Below, in pieces: positions 30,573-39,232 of a stretch of 64,000 nucleotides of DNA. The stretch's first letter is position 1. Every line of letters begins with the position of its first letter. Both the position numbers and the translations under genes were made by a program. Source of the DNA: an uncultured virus (IMG/VR IMGVR_UViG_3300049893_000201) (Duplodnaviria > Heunggongvirae > Uroviricota > Caudoviricetes); IMG/VR virus record IMGVR_UViG_3300049893_000201; one strand, given 5' to 3'. The notes beneath the pieces were generated by a model. The model saw only the letters and a program-made list of their open reading frames with translations. It had not been told where the DNA came from and made no database searches.

Positions 30573-30604
30573 AAAACCCCCAGGCCTTTGCCTGAGGGTC
30601 TTCC
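30573..30604. terminator. Intrinsic terminator (minus strand, possibly bidirectional)
   Basis: AAAACCCCCAGGC-CTTT-GCCTGAGGGT hairpin with an A-tract, downstream of the 30637 gene. Confidence 0.6.
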
Positions 30605-30636
30605 TTGGTTAGTCACGCTAAACCAACAAACGTGGA

Positions 30637-31176
30637 CTATAATGTGGTTACTTTAATAATAGCACCCTGTGATGAGTTCAATCCACAAACTGTAGTTACT
30701 TTAAAGTAATAGTCTGTAGCAGTCACCAAGTTGGTTAGAGTATAACTCGTTGTGGTTAATCCTGTAATATTAGTTCCTAAAGCTGATGTAGTACCATATG
30801 ATAAAGTATAAGTATCTGCCCCAGTGTTTTCCCAAGAAATTATAAGTGCTGTAGTTCCCACATATGATGGATGCACCGATAGTGCTGGTAAACAATCCGT
30901 ATCTATAAATCTTGCAGACATAGCTTGATAAGCTTGTTCAAGAGTAGCTCCTGCTGGAAGTTCTGGATAAGTTACCCCATCAGCAAATAAAAATCCAAAA
31001 TCAACTATGCTATAGTTAAGACTATGTTTAACACATGTATCTTGAATAGTTTCATAGCAAGGAGTCGGATCCGGACAAGAAATATCTGGAGGACAAGTGT
31101 ATACAGGTGCAGTTGTAAGGGGAGTATCCTTACAACCACATTTATTATTTGTACAATTACAAGTTGAGCAAGCCAT
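30637..31176 (-). CDS. Cys-rich structural protein with a C-terminal fibronectin type III domain
   Basis: ISWENTGADTYTLSY...YTLTNLVTATDYYFKVTTVC is an FN3 signature; Cys-rich N-terminus. Confidence 0.7.
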   Translation of the reverse strand: MACSTCNCTNNKCGCKDTPLTTAPVYTCPPDISCPDPTPCYETIQDTCVKHSLNYSIVDFGFLFADGVTYPELPAGATLEQAYQAMSARFIDTDCLPALSVHPSYVGTTALIISWENTGADTYTLSYGTTSALGTNITGLTTTSYTLTNLVTATDYYFKVTTVCGLNSSQGAIIKVTTL

Positions 31177-31181
31177 TTTAA

Positions 31182-32648
31182 TTAGGGTTTAGTAGTTACT
31201 GTAGTGTAAGGACAGTCTTTGATTGTAGAACCAATGATTGTTCTTAAACGTAATTTATATGATGTTGCTGCTGTAAGACCAGTAATTGATCCTACTACAG
31301 CACCTGCTGCAGGATTTACTGTTGTCTGACTACCAATTATAGCGGTTAAGCCACTGTTCCAACATTCAACAATGTATGTAACAGGACTAGATAATGGGTT
31401 AGTAAAGCTATAATCAATATAGGTTACATCTGCTGCATAAGTCATAGCTGGACAAAGTGCTGTATTTTCAACAGTTTCAATAATAGCATTACTACATTTT
31501 AGAGTAGCATTATCTGCACATATTATAAGTTTAACAGTATAGTCCGTATAAAGACTTAATCCTGAAGGTGTTAAGTCAACTGTTTGAGTAAGTCCTCCTA
31601 AGTTAGGAATGACAGATACTTGTGTAGTATAAGTAACACCATAGGCGTCTGTAATAGTTACATACATACCAGCAGGATAACAGTCTGAAAAACCTGGAGC
31701 AGATCCAGCAAATGTTAATTCAATATCTGGACTGGTATAACCTACAGTCATAGTAATATTTACATCATCACAAGATGGTGCACAACATGTATCCAACATA
31801 CCTTGTACAGCATTACGCATATCACATATAGTTAGCCACATGTTATTTACAGCATCCGCCATAGTTAGATATGATCCAGCATTTACCCATCCTGGTAAAG
31901 CATTATATGTAACTGTAGAATTATTTAAGGTAGGTGTTGTATCTAAATTAATACATTCTTGTGCAATAGCTGATGCAATTTCTCCAGGGTTTCCTGTAGC
32001 ATCCTGTAATGCGCAAAAAGCATTTTCTAATGTTTCTACAAATGTCTCAATAGGGATATTAGTATCTCCTGATAAACAACTAGTTGGAATCTCTATTGTA
32101 ACTGTTGGTGGAGTACATGGTAATACACATGCTTCAAGAACGGTTACACGATCATCTAGATCGGTAAGAGTATTATTTATAACAACTAATTGATCTATAA
32201 TAGAACATACTTCTGTTGCAATAGCTGTAGCATAATCTTTTATAGAAAGTTCTACGATTAAGTCTCCGTATGCATCTGGTTTTTGAAAACAAGGTACAAC
32301 TGGTACTAAGCAGTTTATTGCATCAGCACAGCCAAATCCGCTATTAGATTTAGCAGTACCTACCTCACCCTGTTGTGTACAAAGTGTATCTATAATAAAC
32401 TGAATAAGATCATGAATATTCTCCGGCTTAGGACAAATAGGAGGAAAACATGATACATCAAAACCAGTAATATCTAACTGGTCTACTAATGTACAAAGTT
32501 CTGTTGCTACCTTATAAGTAACATCAGAAATACTATCTCCTTTACATAATGTAATGCAAGGAATATCTGGTCCTTGCCAGATTACACAGTTACTTGAAAC
32601 AGGATTACAGCCTGCTTGAGTATCTTTAGGTTGAATAGGAGTTGCCAT
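31182..32648 (-). CDS. Cys-rich structural (fibre/collar) protein with C-terminal FN3-like domains
   Basis: ITGLTAATSYKLRLRT FN3 motif; coiled-coil LTDLDDRVTVLE; many Cys. Confidence 0.65.
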   Translation of the reverse strand: MATPIQPKDTQAGCNPVSSNCVIWQGPDIPCITLCKGDSISDVTYKVATELCTLVDQLDITGFDVSCFPPICPKPENIHDLIQFIIDTLCTQQGEVGTAKSNSGFGCADAINCLVPVVPCFQKPDAYGDLIVELSIKDYATAIATEVCSIIDQLVVINNTLTDLDDRVTVLEACVLPCTPPTVTIEIPTSCLSGDTNIPIETFVETLENAFCALQDATGNPGEIASAIAQECINLDTTPTLNNSTVTYNALPGWVNAGSYLTMADAVNNMWLTICDMRNAVQGMLDTCCAPSCDDVNITMTVGYTSPDIELTFAGSAPGFSDCYPAGMYVTITDAYGVTYTTQVSVIPNLGGLTQTVDLTPSGLSLYTDYTVKLIICADNATLKCSNAIIETVENTALCPAMTYAADVTYIDYSFTNPLSSPVTYIVECWNSGLTAIIGSQTTVNPAAGAVVGSITGLTAATSYKLRLRTIIGSTIKDCPYTTVTTKP

Positions 32649-32678
32649 TTATATATAATTTACAAAATTTATTTTGTT

Positions 32679-33665
32679 TTAACTAGGTTCTGGACAAATA
32701 ATTGGCTCAGGCGCAGGTGTTATTACACAAGCTGTAGGATCATTCATAACAGCTAAATCCGATAACTGTTTTTTAATCCACACTTTATCTAAGTCTACAT
32801 TGTCGCACATAGAATTCATACCATATTTAAGCTTTTTAAATAACCTATAGTAGTTATCGGCAAACTTAATATTAGCATTTATATCGCACTGGGACTGAAG
32901 CACTTGATAAAATTTTCTATCCGGCTTAGGTATTACTCTAGTATATTTTACAGGAGCTGGTTCAGGTGCTGGTAAACAACACTCACAGTCATCAAATATT
33001 TGTCTTACGCCAAAATCATTTACTAAAATACTTACTATTTCAGTAGTTTGATCAGTAAACACTACAGTGGATACTTGCCAGCAAATACCTTCATATTCTG
33101 TTAAATTAACTACTTGTCCTATAGCATCACTTAACTCTTCAGTAAAAGAGTATATAAGTTGCATTTTATTAGAACAGTTAATTAATCTAAAAACATATAA
33201 AGGTGCTGGAGGTAATGCTGCTATACAGTCTGTACACTTATTAAAAAAGCTTATAATATTATATGCTAACGGTGAACCAGTTAAAGATATGCTAACTTTC
33301 CAGCATTTATCTAAATACTCAGAAAGGAATACCACACCACCGTTGTATCCAGATACACCTGTAGTTAAGGCTTCTGTGGTATATATAATATTAAGAGGAT
33401 CGGTACAATCTGTTAATTTATATATTGGTGGCTCAGGAGGAATTGATGTATGACACTCCTCACATGTAGCATATGAATATATTACGGTTACGGGTACAAG
33501 TGGTCCCATTGCAGCATTTGCTGTAACATACCAGCAATTATCTGGATAACCAGCAATATAAACAATTTGATTAACATAGCCAGATATTCCTGGAGTTAAT
33601 AAAGTATCAGTATATATTGTAGGTAACTGATTATCGCAATCTCGTAAACCGTATTCTACAGCCAT
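32679..33665 (-). CDS. Structural protein with three internal 4-Cys repeats
   Basis: Three ~70-aa repeats of (Y/F)xLx(D/N)C...IY...CWxV...CxxC. Confidence 0.65.
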   Translation of the reverse strand: MAVEYGLRDCDNQLPTIYTDTLLTPGISGYVNQIVYIAGYPDNCWYVTANAAMGPLVPVTVIYSYATCEECHTSIPPEPPIYKLTDCTDPLNIIYTTEALTTGVSGYNGGVVFLSEYLDKCWKVSISLTGSPLAYNIISFFNKCTDCIAALPPAPLYVFRLINCSNKMQLIYSFTEELSDAIGQVVNLTEYEGICWQVSTVVFTDQTTEIVSILVNDFGVRQIFDDCECCLPAPEPAPVKYTRVIPKPDRKFYQVLQSQCDINANIKFADNYYRLFKKLKYGMNSMCDNVDLDKVWIKKQLSDLAVMNDPTACVITPAPEPIICPEPS

Positions 33666-33802
33666 TATTTATGTTGATTAATCGTTTTATTATTCAGTTT
33701 TACCTGATTAATGCATTTACTACATCCTTGTTTACCATCAGCCGTTACTCTTTTTTGACAACCGCAGGATAACTTAGTTCCGCAATTAGGGCATTTACTC
33801 AT
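33665..33802 (-). CDS. Small 6-Cys protein, 45 aa (MSKCPNCGTKLSCGCQKRVTADGKQGCSKCINQVKLNNKTINQHK)
   Basis: Translated by hand; fills the gap, TAATG coupling to the next gene, AAACCAACAAAT leader; too short for the ORF track. Confidence 0.75.
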   Translation of the reverse strand: MSKCPNCGTKLSCGCQKRVTADGKQGCSKCINQVKLNNKTINQHK

Positions 33803-33824
33803 ATTTGTTGGTTTTTATTTTAGT

Positions 33825-34379
33825 TTAGCAAGTTTCGCACCCGCAGCCACATGCTAGTTTAGTTAGTCTAGTCATAACATACTTATATATATCCATACCC
33901 TGACTAGGATTATGGCAGTATTCTACTCTTGCTTTAGCTGCCTGTAGCATTGTAGAAAGTAGCTGAACCTCTCTAAGTTTTTCTTTCATAGGAGGTAAAG
34001 GCTCACAATTAGGAACATCTAAGCAGCATAAGATGTTATTTATTTTATTTAGTGCATCAGTAATACGTAAATGATTATATTCTACGTAAACTGTATCATT
34101 TGGCGCAACGCTGTATCTTACTACATAAACACCATCCTGTAACACATTTCTAAATGAGTCACAATTTGTAGTTTGTAAAGCAAGATCACAAGCTGTAAGA
34201 TTTAAAGTAAAATCTGTACCAGATTCGGTAACAGATGCTACTGTAAATCCCGGAGCTGTAATTTCAAGCTTTGGGCAGTCTACAGGTACGTAATCATTAT
34301 ATGTACTTGTGTCAATTACGCGGAATACGCATGTTGTAAGTACATCAGGAATTTCTAAAGATAATTGGTGTTGTGCCAT
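33825..34379 (-). CDS. Conserved structural hypothetical protein, Cys-rich
   Basis: ORF in the structural block; LQDGVYVVRYSVAP beta motif. Confidence 0.6.
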   Translation of the reverse strand: MAQHQLSLEIPDVLTTCVFRVIDTSTYNDYVPVDCPKLEITAPGFTVASVTESGTDFTLNLTACDLALQTTNCDSFRNVLQDGVYVVRYSVAPNDTVYVEYNHLRITDALNKINNILCCLDVPNCEPLPPMKEKLREVQLLSTMLQAAKARVEYCHNPSQGMDIYKYVMTRLTKLACGCGCETC

Positions 34380-34411
34380 AATACTAAGTTACAAAGATAT
34401 TGTATAAAAAT

Positions 34412-34451
34412 AAAAAAGAGGAGGGGATTTTTTAATCCCTCCCCTCTTTTT
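34412..34451. terminator. Bidirectional intrinsic terminator
   Basis: AAAAAAGAGGAGGGGATT...AATCCCTCCCCTCTTTTT imperfect inverted repeat with A/T tracts on both sides. Confidence 0.7.
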
Positions 34452-34465
34452 ATAAATTACTTCTA

Positions 34466-35950
34466 TTAAAGAATTGGAGCTTCGTATTGCACAGGTACTT
34501 CAGTACAGATTGCAGGGCAAGTGTAAGCTTGGAAAACCTCACAGCTTTGACATTCCGAGATCCAAGTTGAAACTAAAGTTTCAAAGCTGTAAAGAGATTC
34601 TTCAATAAAGAATAGTGTATCTCCGTCTGCTACAGCTATAGTACCGGTCATAGTAATAGTGTTATCAACTACAGTAAGTACAGTTTCAGTTGCATTTACT
34701 ACACCGTTAACATATACAACCATTCCTGGAACAATTCCTGTAGAATCTTCTACTGTGAATACAGCAGCAACGTTATTGCTAGCAGCTACAGCATTTACTG
34801 TTGCTAAACCAACAATTTCTAGTAAGTATTGATCATTATCAAAAGTACCAGTAGGGTTGTTGAAACGAGGAACACTGTGCTGTAAATAGTAGCGAGTATA
34901 AGAAGAAAATCTATCGATTGCATCATATACATCTGTACCGTTAGTGATCTCACGGATACGTAAGTCAGTACCAGTATAGAATGGTTGTTGCATGTAACCT
35001 TCAGTTAAAATAAGGTCACGGATAACATTTTCTCCAGTTCCTTTAATTTGGTTAGGCTCACAAATGTTGTTCTTACAAAGACCTGTGAAAGCACATGGGT
35101 CACCGTTAAGATCTACTTCAGAAGCATAAATTTTAACTGGCTCTAAGAAAGCGATAATAGAATCGTTTGGATAGAAAGTACAGTTTTGGAAACGAGTATC
35201 AGCATAAGCTCCGGTAATGATCAAACCAGCAAGAGTGTTTTCATCTGTTCCTGGAGGGAAAGCTGCTCCTTCTAAAGTATATGGTAATAAAGCTTCTGCA
35301 GTTGTGCTATCATCTGAATAAACAGGTTCAAATGCATTCCAGTTTGTACCACCATCTGTAGAATAAGTAATTGCTACGTGGATAAATGGAGAGATCAAAG
35401 GACTGTTTAAGAAATCGTAAGCCCACTTAGTGTAAACAATTAAAGGATTAACTGCTACAGGAGCAATTGCATCTTCTGCACAACATCCGGTATAAGCACC
35501 AGAAGTATAGTAAGTGTTACGAGTTAAGTAACGTAATACAGGAGATCCTTTAATATCCAAACGTAAAGAATAAGTTTCTCCACATAAGAATTGTTTAGCA
35601 CATGATCCTTCAAAACCATTTACTGTAGCACCTACTACAATTTGAGCTTGTTGTGCGGGACATGGATCTACACGATAAAATGCAGATACATACTTAGGGT
35701 TAATAGTCTTAGACTTTACAGACTCAGCATATCCACCGTGATAAGGACCGATTTTGTCTTTACCTTTGTGAATAGAACCTGATACTAATACTACAGGGCA
35801 ACAACCAGATGGTCTTTCTAGTTGAGCCCATGTTTTTGGATCATACAAACCAAACTCGCCTAGGGCAAGTTCACTTGTAGCTTCTCCACCTTGCGCAAAG
35901 CCGCTTGTTCCTACAAACGTCTTTTGAAAAGCATGATTAAAATACGCCAT
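34466..35950 (-). CDS. Abundant structural protein (auxiliary capsid / head-associated, crAss-like)
   Basis: 494 aa, own terminator, highly-expressed codon bias, located after the capsid module. Confidence 0.5.
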   Translation of the reverse strand: MAYFNHAFQKTFVGTSGFAQGGEATSELALGEFGLYDPKTWAQLERPSGCCPVVLVSGSIHKGKDKIGPYHGGYAESVKSKTINPKYVSAFYRVDPCPAQQAQIVVGATVNGFEGSCAKQFLCGETYSLRLDIKGSPVLRYLTRNTYYTSGAYTGCCAEDAIAPVAVNPLIVYTKWAYDFLNSPLISPFIHVAITYSTDGGTNWNAFEPVYSDDSTTAEALLPYTLEGAAFPPGTDENTLAGLIITGAYADTRFQNCTFYPNDSIIAFLEPVKIYASEVDLNGDPCAFTGLCKNNICEPNQIKGTGENVIRDLILTEGYMQQPFYTGTDLRIREITNGTDVYDAIDRFSSYTRYYLQHSVPRFNNPTGTFDNDQYLLEIVGLATVNAVAASNNVAAVFTVEDSTGIVPGMVVYVNGVVNATETVLTVVDNTITMTGTIAVADGDTLFFIEESLYSFETLVSTWISECQSCEVFQAYTCPAICTEVPVQYEAPIL

Positions 35951-36016
35951 TGTTTTTGTTTTTAAGGGTTATAAATATATATAGTTAATATAAGGAAAGT
36001 ATTTTTACTTTCCAAA

Positions 36017-36475
36017 TTATTTTAAGAAAAGTAGTTTATACTTAGTAGAGTTAAGTGTAGACTTTACTGTATCTAAGTCGTTTACAAGTTCTGAGTACGG
36101 CATTTTAGCTTGTAGCCCTGATACCATATTTGCTATTTCACGAATATATGCTAAGGCATCATCTACTGAATTTAAAGATCTTGGGGCAGCATCAGTATAT
36201 TTTAATAATACTTCCGCAGCACCTTGATAACCTTCAGCTAAATCATCAGCATGACCCGGTAATGCATCGTAAAGCTCATTAAGTGCTTTATGACCAGCAT
36301 AAGATCCGGTACCTGTTATTTTTAAATGTAGTTTATGAAAGCTAGTTGCAGCATTCATAAGTTCTGATACGCATGCAGCAGTCATAGTTTCTACATTAGA
36401 TGTAGGTTTAGCCGTGCTATAAGAAGCTCCCGCATCAGGATTTCTTTTTAATAAATTTCTTGGTTGTTCGGCCAT
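36017..36475 (-). CDS. Ferritin/Dps-like four-helix protein (DUF5856-like)
   Basis: HKLHL...SYAGHKALNELYD...DDLAEGYQG...KYKLLFLK matches the Dps-like H-x-x-H / H..L...Y....D..AE pattern. Confidence 0.75.
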   Translation of the reverse strand: MAEQPRNLLKRNPDAGASYSTAKPTSNVETMTAACVSELMNAATSFHKLHLKITGTGSYAGHKALNELYDALPGHADDLAEGYQGAAEVLLKYTDAAPRSLNSVDDALAYIREIANMVSGLQAKMPYSELVNDLDTVKSTLNSTKYKLLFLK

Positions 36476-36486
36476 TTTTATAAGTA

Positions 36487-37194
36487 TTATGTATTTTCTT
36501 CAGATGATGCTTTAGCTATTGAGAACTGATTCATAGATTCTATATCTCCGGCTAATACTTTTACAGCATTGTCTATAAGTATCTCAATAATGTTTTCTTG
36601 AAACTCACATTCCACATCTGTTTGAGAAACTACTAGAGTATAGGGATCAGTACAACCTTGTATCTGAATTTTAACAGGATCTCTATAGTACATAAGACTA
36701 GCATTTACAATATCAAATTCATTGTTATTATAAATTCTAATTTTGTCTCCTACAATAGTACAAAAAGTCTCTCCCCATTCAAAACTAGGTTTACGCAAAT
36801 AATCCTGTAATAATACAGGTATGTTTTGTTCTTCTGCTAAATAAGTTATAGTAATTTCTGCTGGATTTTCACAGCAGTCTTTTTTAGCATTAGCATTAAT
36901 TCTTTTATACTGAAGATAATTTGCTGGAAGTTCTCCTGTTTCCATATACAAATTTCTTTGTGCTAGGTCCACAGGTATTTCCGTTAATAGACACTGTAGG
37001 TCATCAATATTTCTAGTAGTCTGCTCAGAACCTTGTTTCTCAGCATTCATACCAATAATCTGACGACGGACCCATTGGATCTGTGCCTTATTAAAAGCCT
37101 CTACAATTTGCCAGCATTCTAGATTATCGTAATCATTGCTAGCAAGCTTGTTAAGTCTTTGCTTAATCTTAAGCTGTAGAGTAGTGTTATTCAT
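36487..37194 (-). CDS. Head-tail adaptor / ring protein
   Basis: FNKAQ, LPANYL and YYRDP motifs typical of crAss ring proteins. Confidence 0.6.
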   Translation of the reverse strand: MNNTTLQLKIKQRLNKLASNDYDNLECWQIVEAFNKAQIQWVRRQIIGMNAEKQGSEQTTRNIDDLQCLLTEIPVDLAQRNLYMETGELPANYLQYKRINANAKKDCCENPAEITITYLAEEQNIPVLLQDYLRKPSFEWGETFCTIVGDKIRIYNNNEFDIVNASLMYYRDPVKIQIQGCTDPYTLVVSQTDVECEFQENIIEILIDNAVKVLAGDIESMNQFSIAKASSEENT

Positions 37195-37427
37195 TATCCT
37201 CTTTTAATATTTTTCCACATAGCTGCAGCTGCTATCTTTTTACCCTTTTCTCCACCGCCTGCTTTAGCTGCAATCTTGTCAAACATTTTACCTTTTTTAC
37301 CTATATCTTTACCAGCTGATGCTTTTTTTGCAACAGTTGATTTTTGTTTTTCAGAAAGTCCTGAAGAAGGTTTTGTTGATCCTCCTTTTTTATACATAGA
37401 ACCTCCACATTTAGCACAGCCTTTCAT
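37194..37427 (-). CDS. Small Lys-rich protein
   Basis: 77 aa; YKKGG motif; DIGKKGKMFDKIAAKA...AAAAMWK; coupled to neighbours. Confidence 0.7.
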   Translation of the reverse strand: MKGCAKCGGSMYKKGGSTKPSSGLSEKQKSTVAKKASAGKDIGKKGKMFDKIAAKAGGGEKGKKIAAAAMWKNIKRG

Positions 37428-37439
37428 AGTATTATAGTT

Positions 37440-37685
37440 TTAGCATTTCCATTTACGTAATGACTTATTAATCCTTGAGTTAGGATCATTAGCCGTTTTG
37501 GCACTAGTAAGTTTCTTTTTCATCCCAGACATTCGGGCACAAAAGCTTTTCTTTCTAGGACCACCTTCTGGCTGAGGAGCTTTAATATCGTGACCCGCAG
37601 CTTTTAAAGATGCACGCCCTTTAGCGTTAAGTCCACCACTTGGTGACTTACCTTCTTTACGTTGCCATGCTGGAGACTTTGCCAT
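37440..37685 (-). CDS. Small basic protein (DUF6321-like)
   Basis: AWQRKEGK..GGLNAKGRAS...RKKSFCARM...DPNSRINKSLRKWKC, a motif set I recognise from a widespread phage family. Confidence 0.7.
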   Translation of the reverse strand: MAKSPAWQRKEGKSPSGGLNAKGRASLKAAGHDIKAPQPEGGPRKKSFCARMSGMKKKLTSAKTANDPNSRINKSLRKWKC

Positions 37686-38167
37686 TACTTTTTCTTTTTT
37701 ACAGAACCGCCTTTTTTATAACCAGCTTTAATTAAAGCATTTTTAAGAGCAGTGCCGCCTGTTGTACCACCTTTAGCACCTTTATTTAAACGTCTTCTAG
37801 AACCAAGTTCTCTTGAGCCACCAGATGTTTCTCCGTAAGTAACTACTTTTTCCTTTAAAGGATTACCATATCTATCACTAACTTTTTTAACTCTTGTAAA
37901 ATCATATCCAGATATAGGATAGTTATCTGTATCTCTTCTATCAGTTTTTGTAGTTGTAGTTTCTATTGTTCTGCCAAATAAACCTCTTCGTGTTTTTGTA
38001 TTTTTTACAGCAGAAGGAAGCTGGTCACTGCCTGTTTTCTCATTAGGAGTAACTTTACCACCATTATCATATTTTTTCATGGTGCCACCTTTAGCCATTT
38101 TAGGTTTTTTACCTGCTGCCTTCATAGACATTGCTATAGCAGCTTGTTGTTTTGCATTCTTTGCCAT
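37685..38167 (-). CDS. Lys-rich protein with repeated xxGG motifs
   Basis: KMAKGG, KYDNGG, GAKGG, YKKGG; TAATG coupling. Confidence 0.7.
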   Translation of the reverse strand: MAKNAKQQAAIAMSMKAAGKKPKMAKGGTMKKYDNGGKVTPNEKTGSDQLPSAVKNTKTRRGLFGRTIETTTTKTDRRDTDNYPISGYDFTRVKKVSDRYGNPLKEKVVTYGETSGGSRELGSRRRLNKGAKGGTTGGTALKNALIKAGYKKGGSVKKKK

Positions 38168-38436
38168 TATCTATAGTTTTTAGTTTTAGCTTTAATATTT
38201 TTAGGTTGAGATACAAACTGTTTACCTTTACGGTTACCCTCAGCTTTTGCTTTATTTGTTGCAGCTTTCTCTCCTGCTGATAATGCTCCCCATGCAGCTT
38301 CAGGCAAATATCTTTTTTTACCTTTAGACTTTACTTCTTTGCTTGACCCTTTCTTCTTATTTGCATGAGTGCCTGAGGTCATCCACTTCTGTGCGGTCCA
38401 ATCTTTTAAACTTTGTTGCGGATCTTTACTAGCCAT
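38167..38436 (-). CDS. Small basic protein (C-terminal half of a DUF5872-like domain)
   Basis: SLKDWTAQKW...RYLPEAAW..LS..EK.ATN.AK..G...GKQFV. Confidence 0.65.
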   Translation of the reverse strand: MASKDPQQSLKDWTAQKWMTSGTHANKKKGSSKEVKSKGKKRYLPEAAWGALSAGEKAATNKAKAEGNRKGKQFVSQPKNIKAKTKNYR

Positions 38437-38630
38437 TACTTTTTAGTCTTATATCCGCCTCCTTTGCTCTTATACTCTTTAGCTAAAAGCTGAGCTTTTC
38501 TAGCAGACCATTCACCAGGATCTCCACCTTTAGTACCGGCTTTAATCTTATTAAATAAAGATTTACGCATACCAGGTTTAGTGTATACGCCAGCCTGATT
38601 TACTTTAGATTTGCTTTTTCCTGTAGCCAT
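38436..38630 (-). CDS. Small basic protein (N-terminal half of a DUF5872-like domain)
   Basis: YTKP.MR.......AG.KGG.PGEWSARKAQLLA.EYK.KGGGY. Confidence 0.65.
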   Translation of the reverse strand: MATGKSKSKVNQAGVYTKPGMRKSLFNKIKAGTKGGDPGEWSARKAQLLAKEYKSKGGGYKTKK

Positions 38631-38631
38631 A

Positions 38632-38865
38632 CTATTTTCCTTTAACTACTCCACCAAGCATTTTAATCTGTTCTTGAGCAAATTTTTTAACATCGCTCAT
38701 CATTTTAGGGTTTTTGCGAATTTCTTCTGCACGACGTAAAGTATTCATAGCAGATTCTATTTCCCACTTACGCATATCTGCTTTATTTCCACCTAAAATA
38801 GAAAGACCAACTGAAGAAGATTTTCTAGCTGGAGCAGATTTACTTGTTGATTTTTTTGTTGCCAT
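38632..38865 (-). CDS. Small basic hypothetical protein
   Basis: KWEIESAMNTLRRAEEIRKNPKMM; in operon. Confidence 0.65.
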   Translation of the reverse strand: MATKKSTSKSAPARKSSSVGLSILGGNKADMRKWEIESAMNTLRRAEEIRKNPKMMSDVKKFAQEQIKMLGGVVKGK

Positions 38866-38867
38866 AA

Positions 38868-38990
38868 TTATTTTTTCTTTTTGGAAGGTACTAATCCGCA
38901 GGCAGAAGCCCCTCCCCCAGCAAATTTAGGAGGAGAGGACTTCTTATCACGGATAAGTTTTAAAGCTTCCTGTTTAGTTAAAATAGCCAT
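38868..38990 (-). CDS. Small basic protein, 40 aa (MAILTKQEALKLIRDKKSSPPKFAGGGASACGLVPSKKKK)
   Basis: Translated by hand; fills the gap, TAATG coupling to the 38990 gene, carries the KFAxGG motif. Confidence 0.65.
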   Translation of the reverse strand: MAILTKQEALKLIRDKKSSPPKFAGGGASACGLVPSKKKK

Positions 38991-39205
38991 TATTTTTTAC
39001 CGCGAGAGGGTTTTGCTTGTGGCTTGTTTACTCCACCGGATGACTTTCCTTTAGAAACCTTTTGGAAAGCACTTGCGGATTTAGGGTTACCTCCACCTAT
39101 TTGATTTTTAGTAGAGGTGGCTGCTTTAACTGCAGCGTTAGGATTAGTCATACCGCCAGTTTTCATTTTGGTCATGCCCATTCCTCCGTAGTTCATTTTT
39201 TTCAT
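38990..39205 (-). CDS. Small Lys/Gly-rich protein
   Basis: KKMNYGG and KMKTGG motifs; in operon. Confidence 0.65.
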   Translation of the reverse strand: MKKMNYGGMGMTKMKTGGMTNPNAAVKAATSTKNQIGGGNPKSASAFQKVSKGKSSGGVNKPQAKPSRGKK

Positions 39206-39232
39206 AGTCGTAAGTATTTTATATAAAGATAG

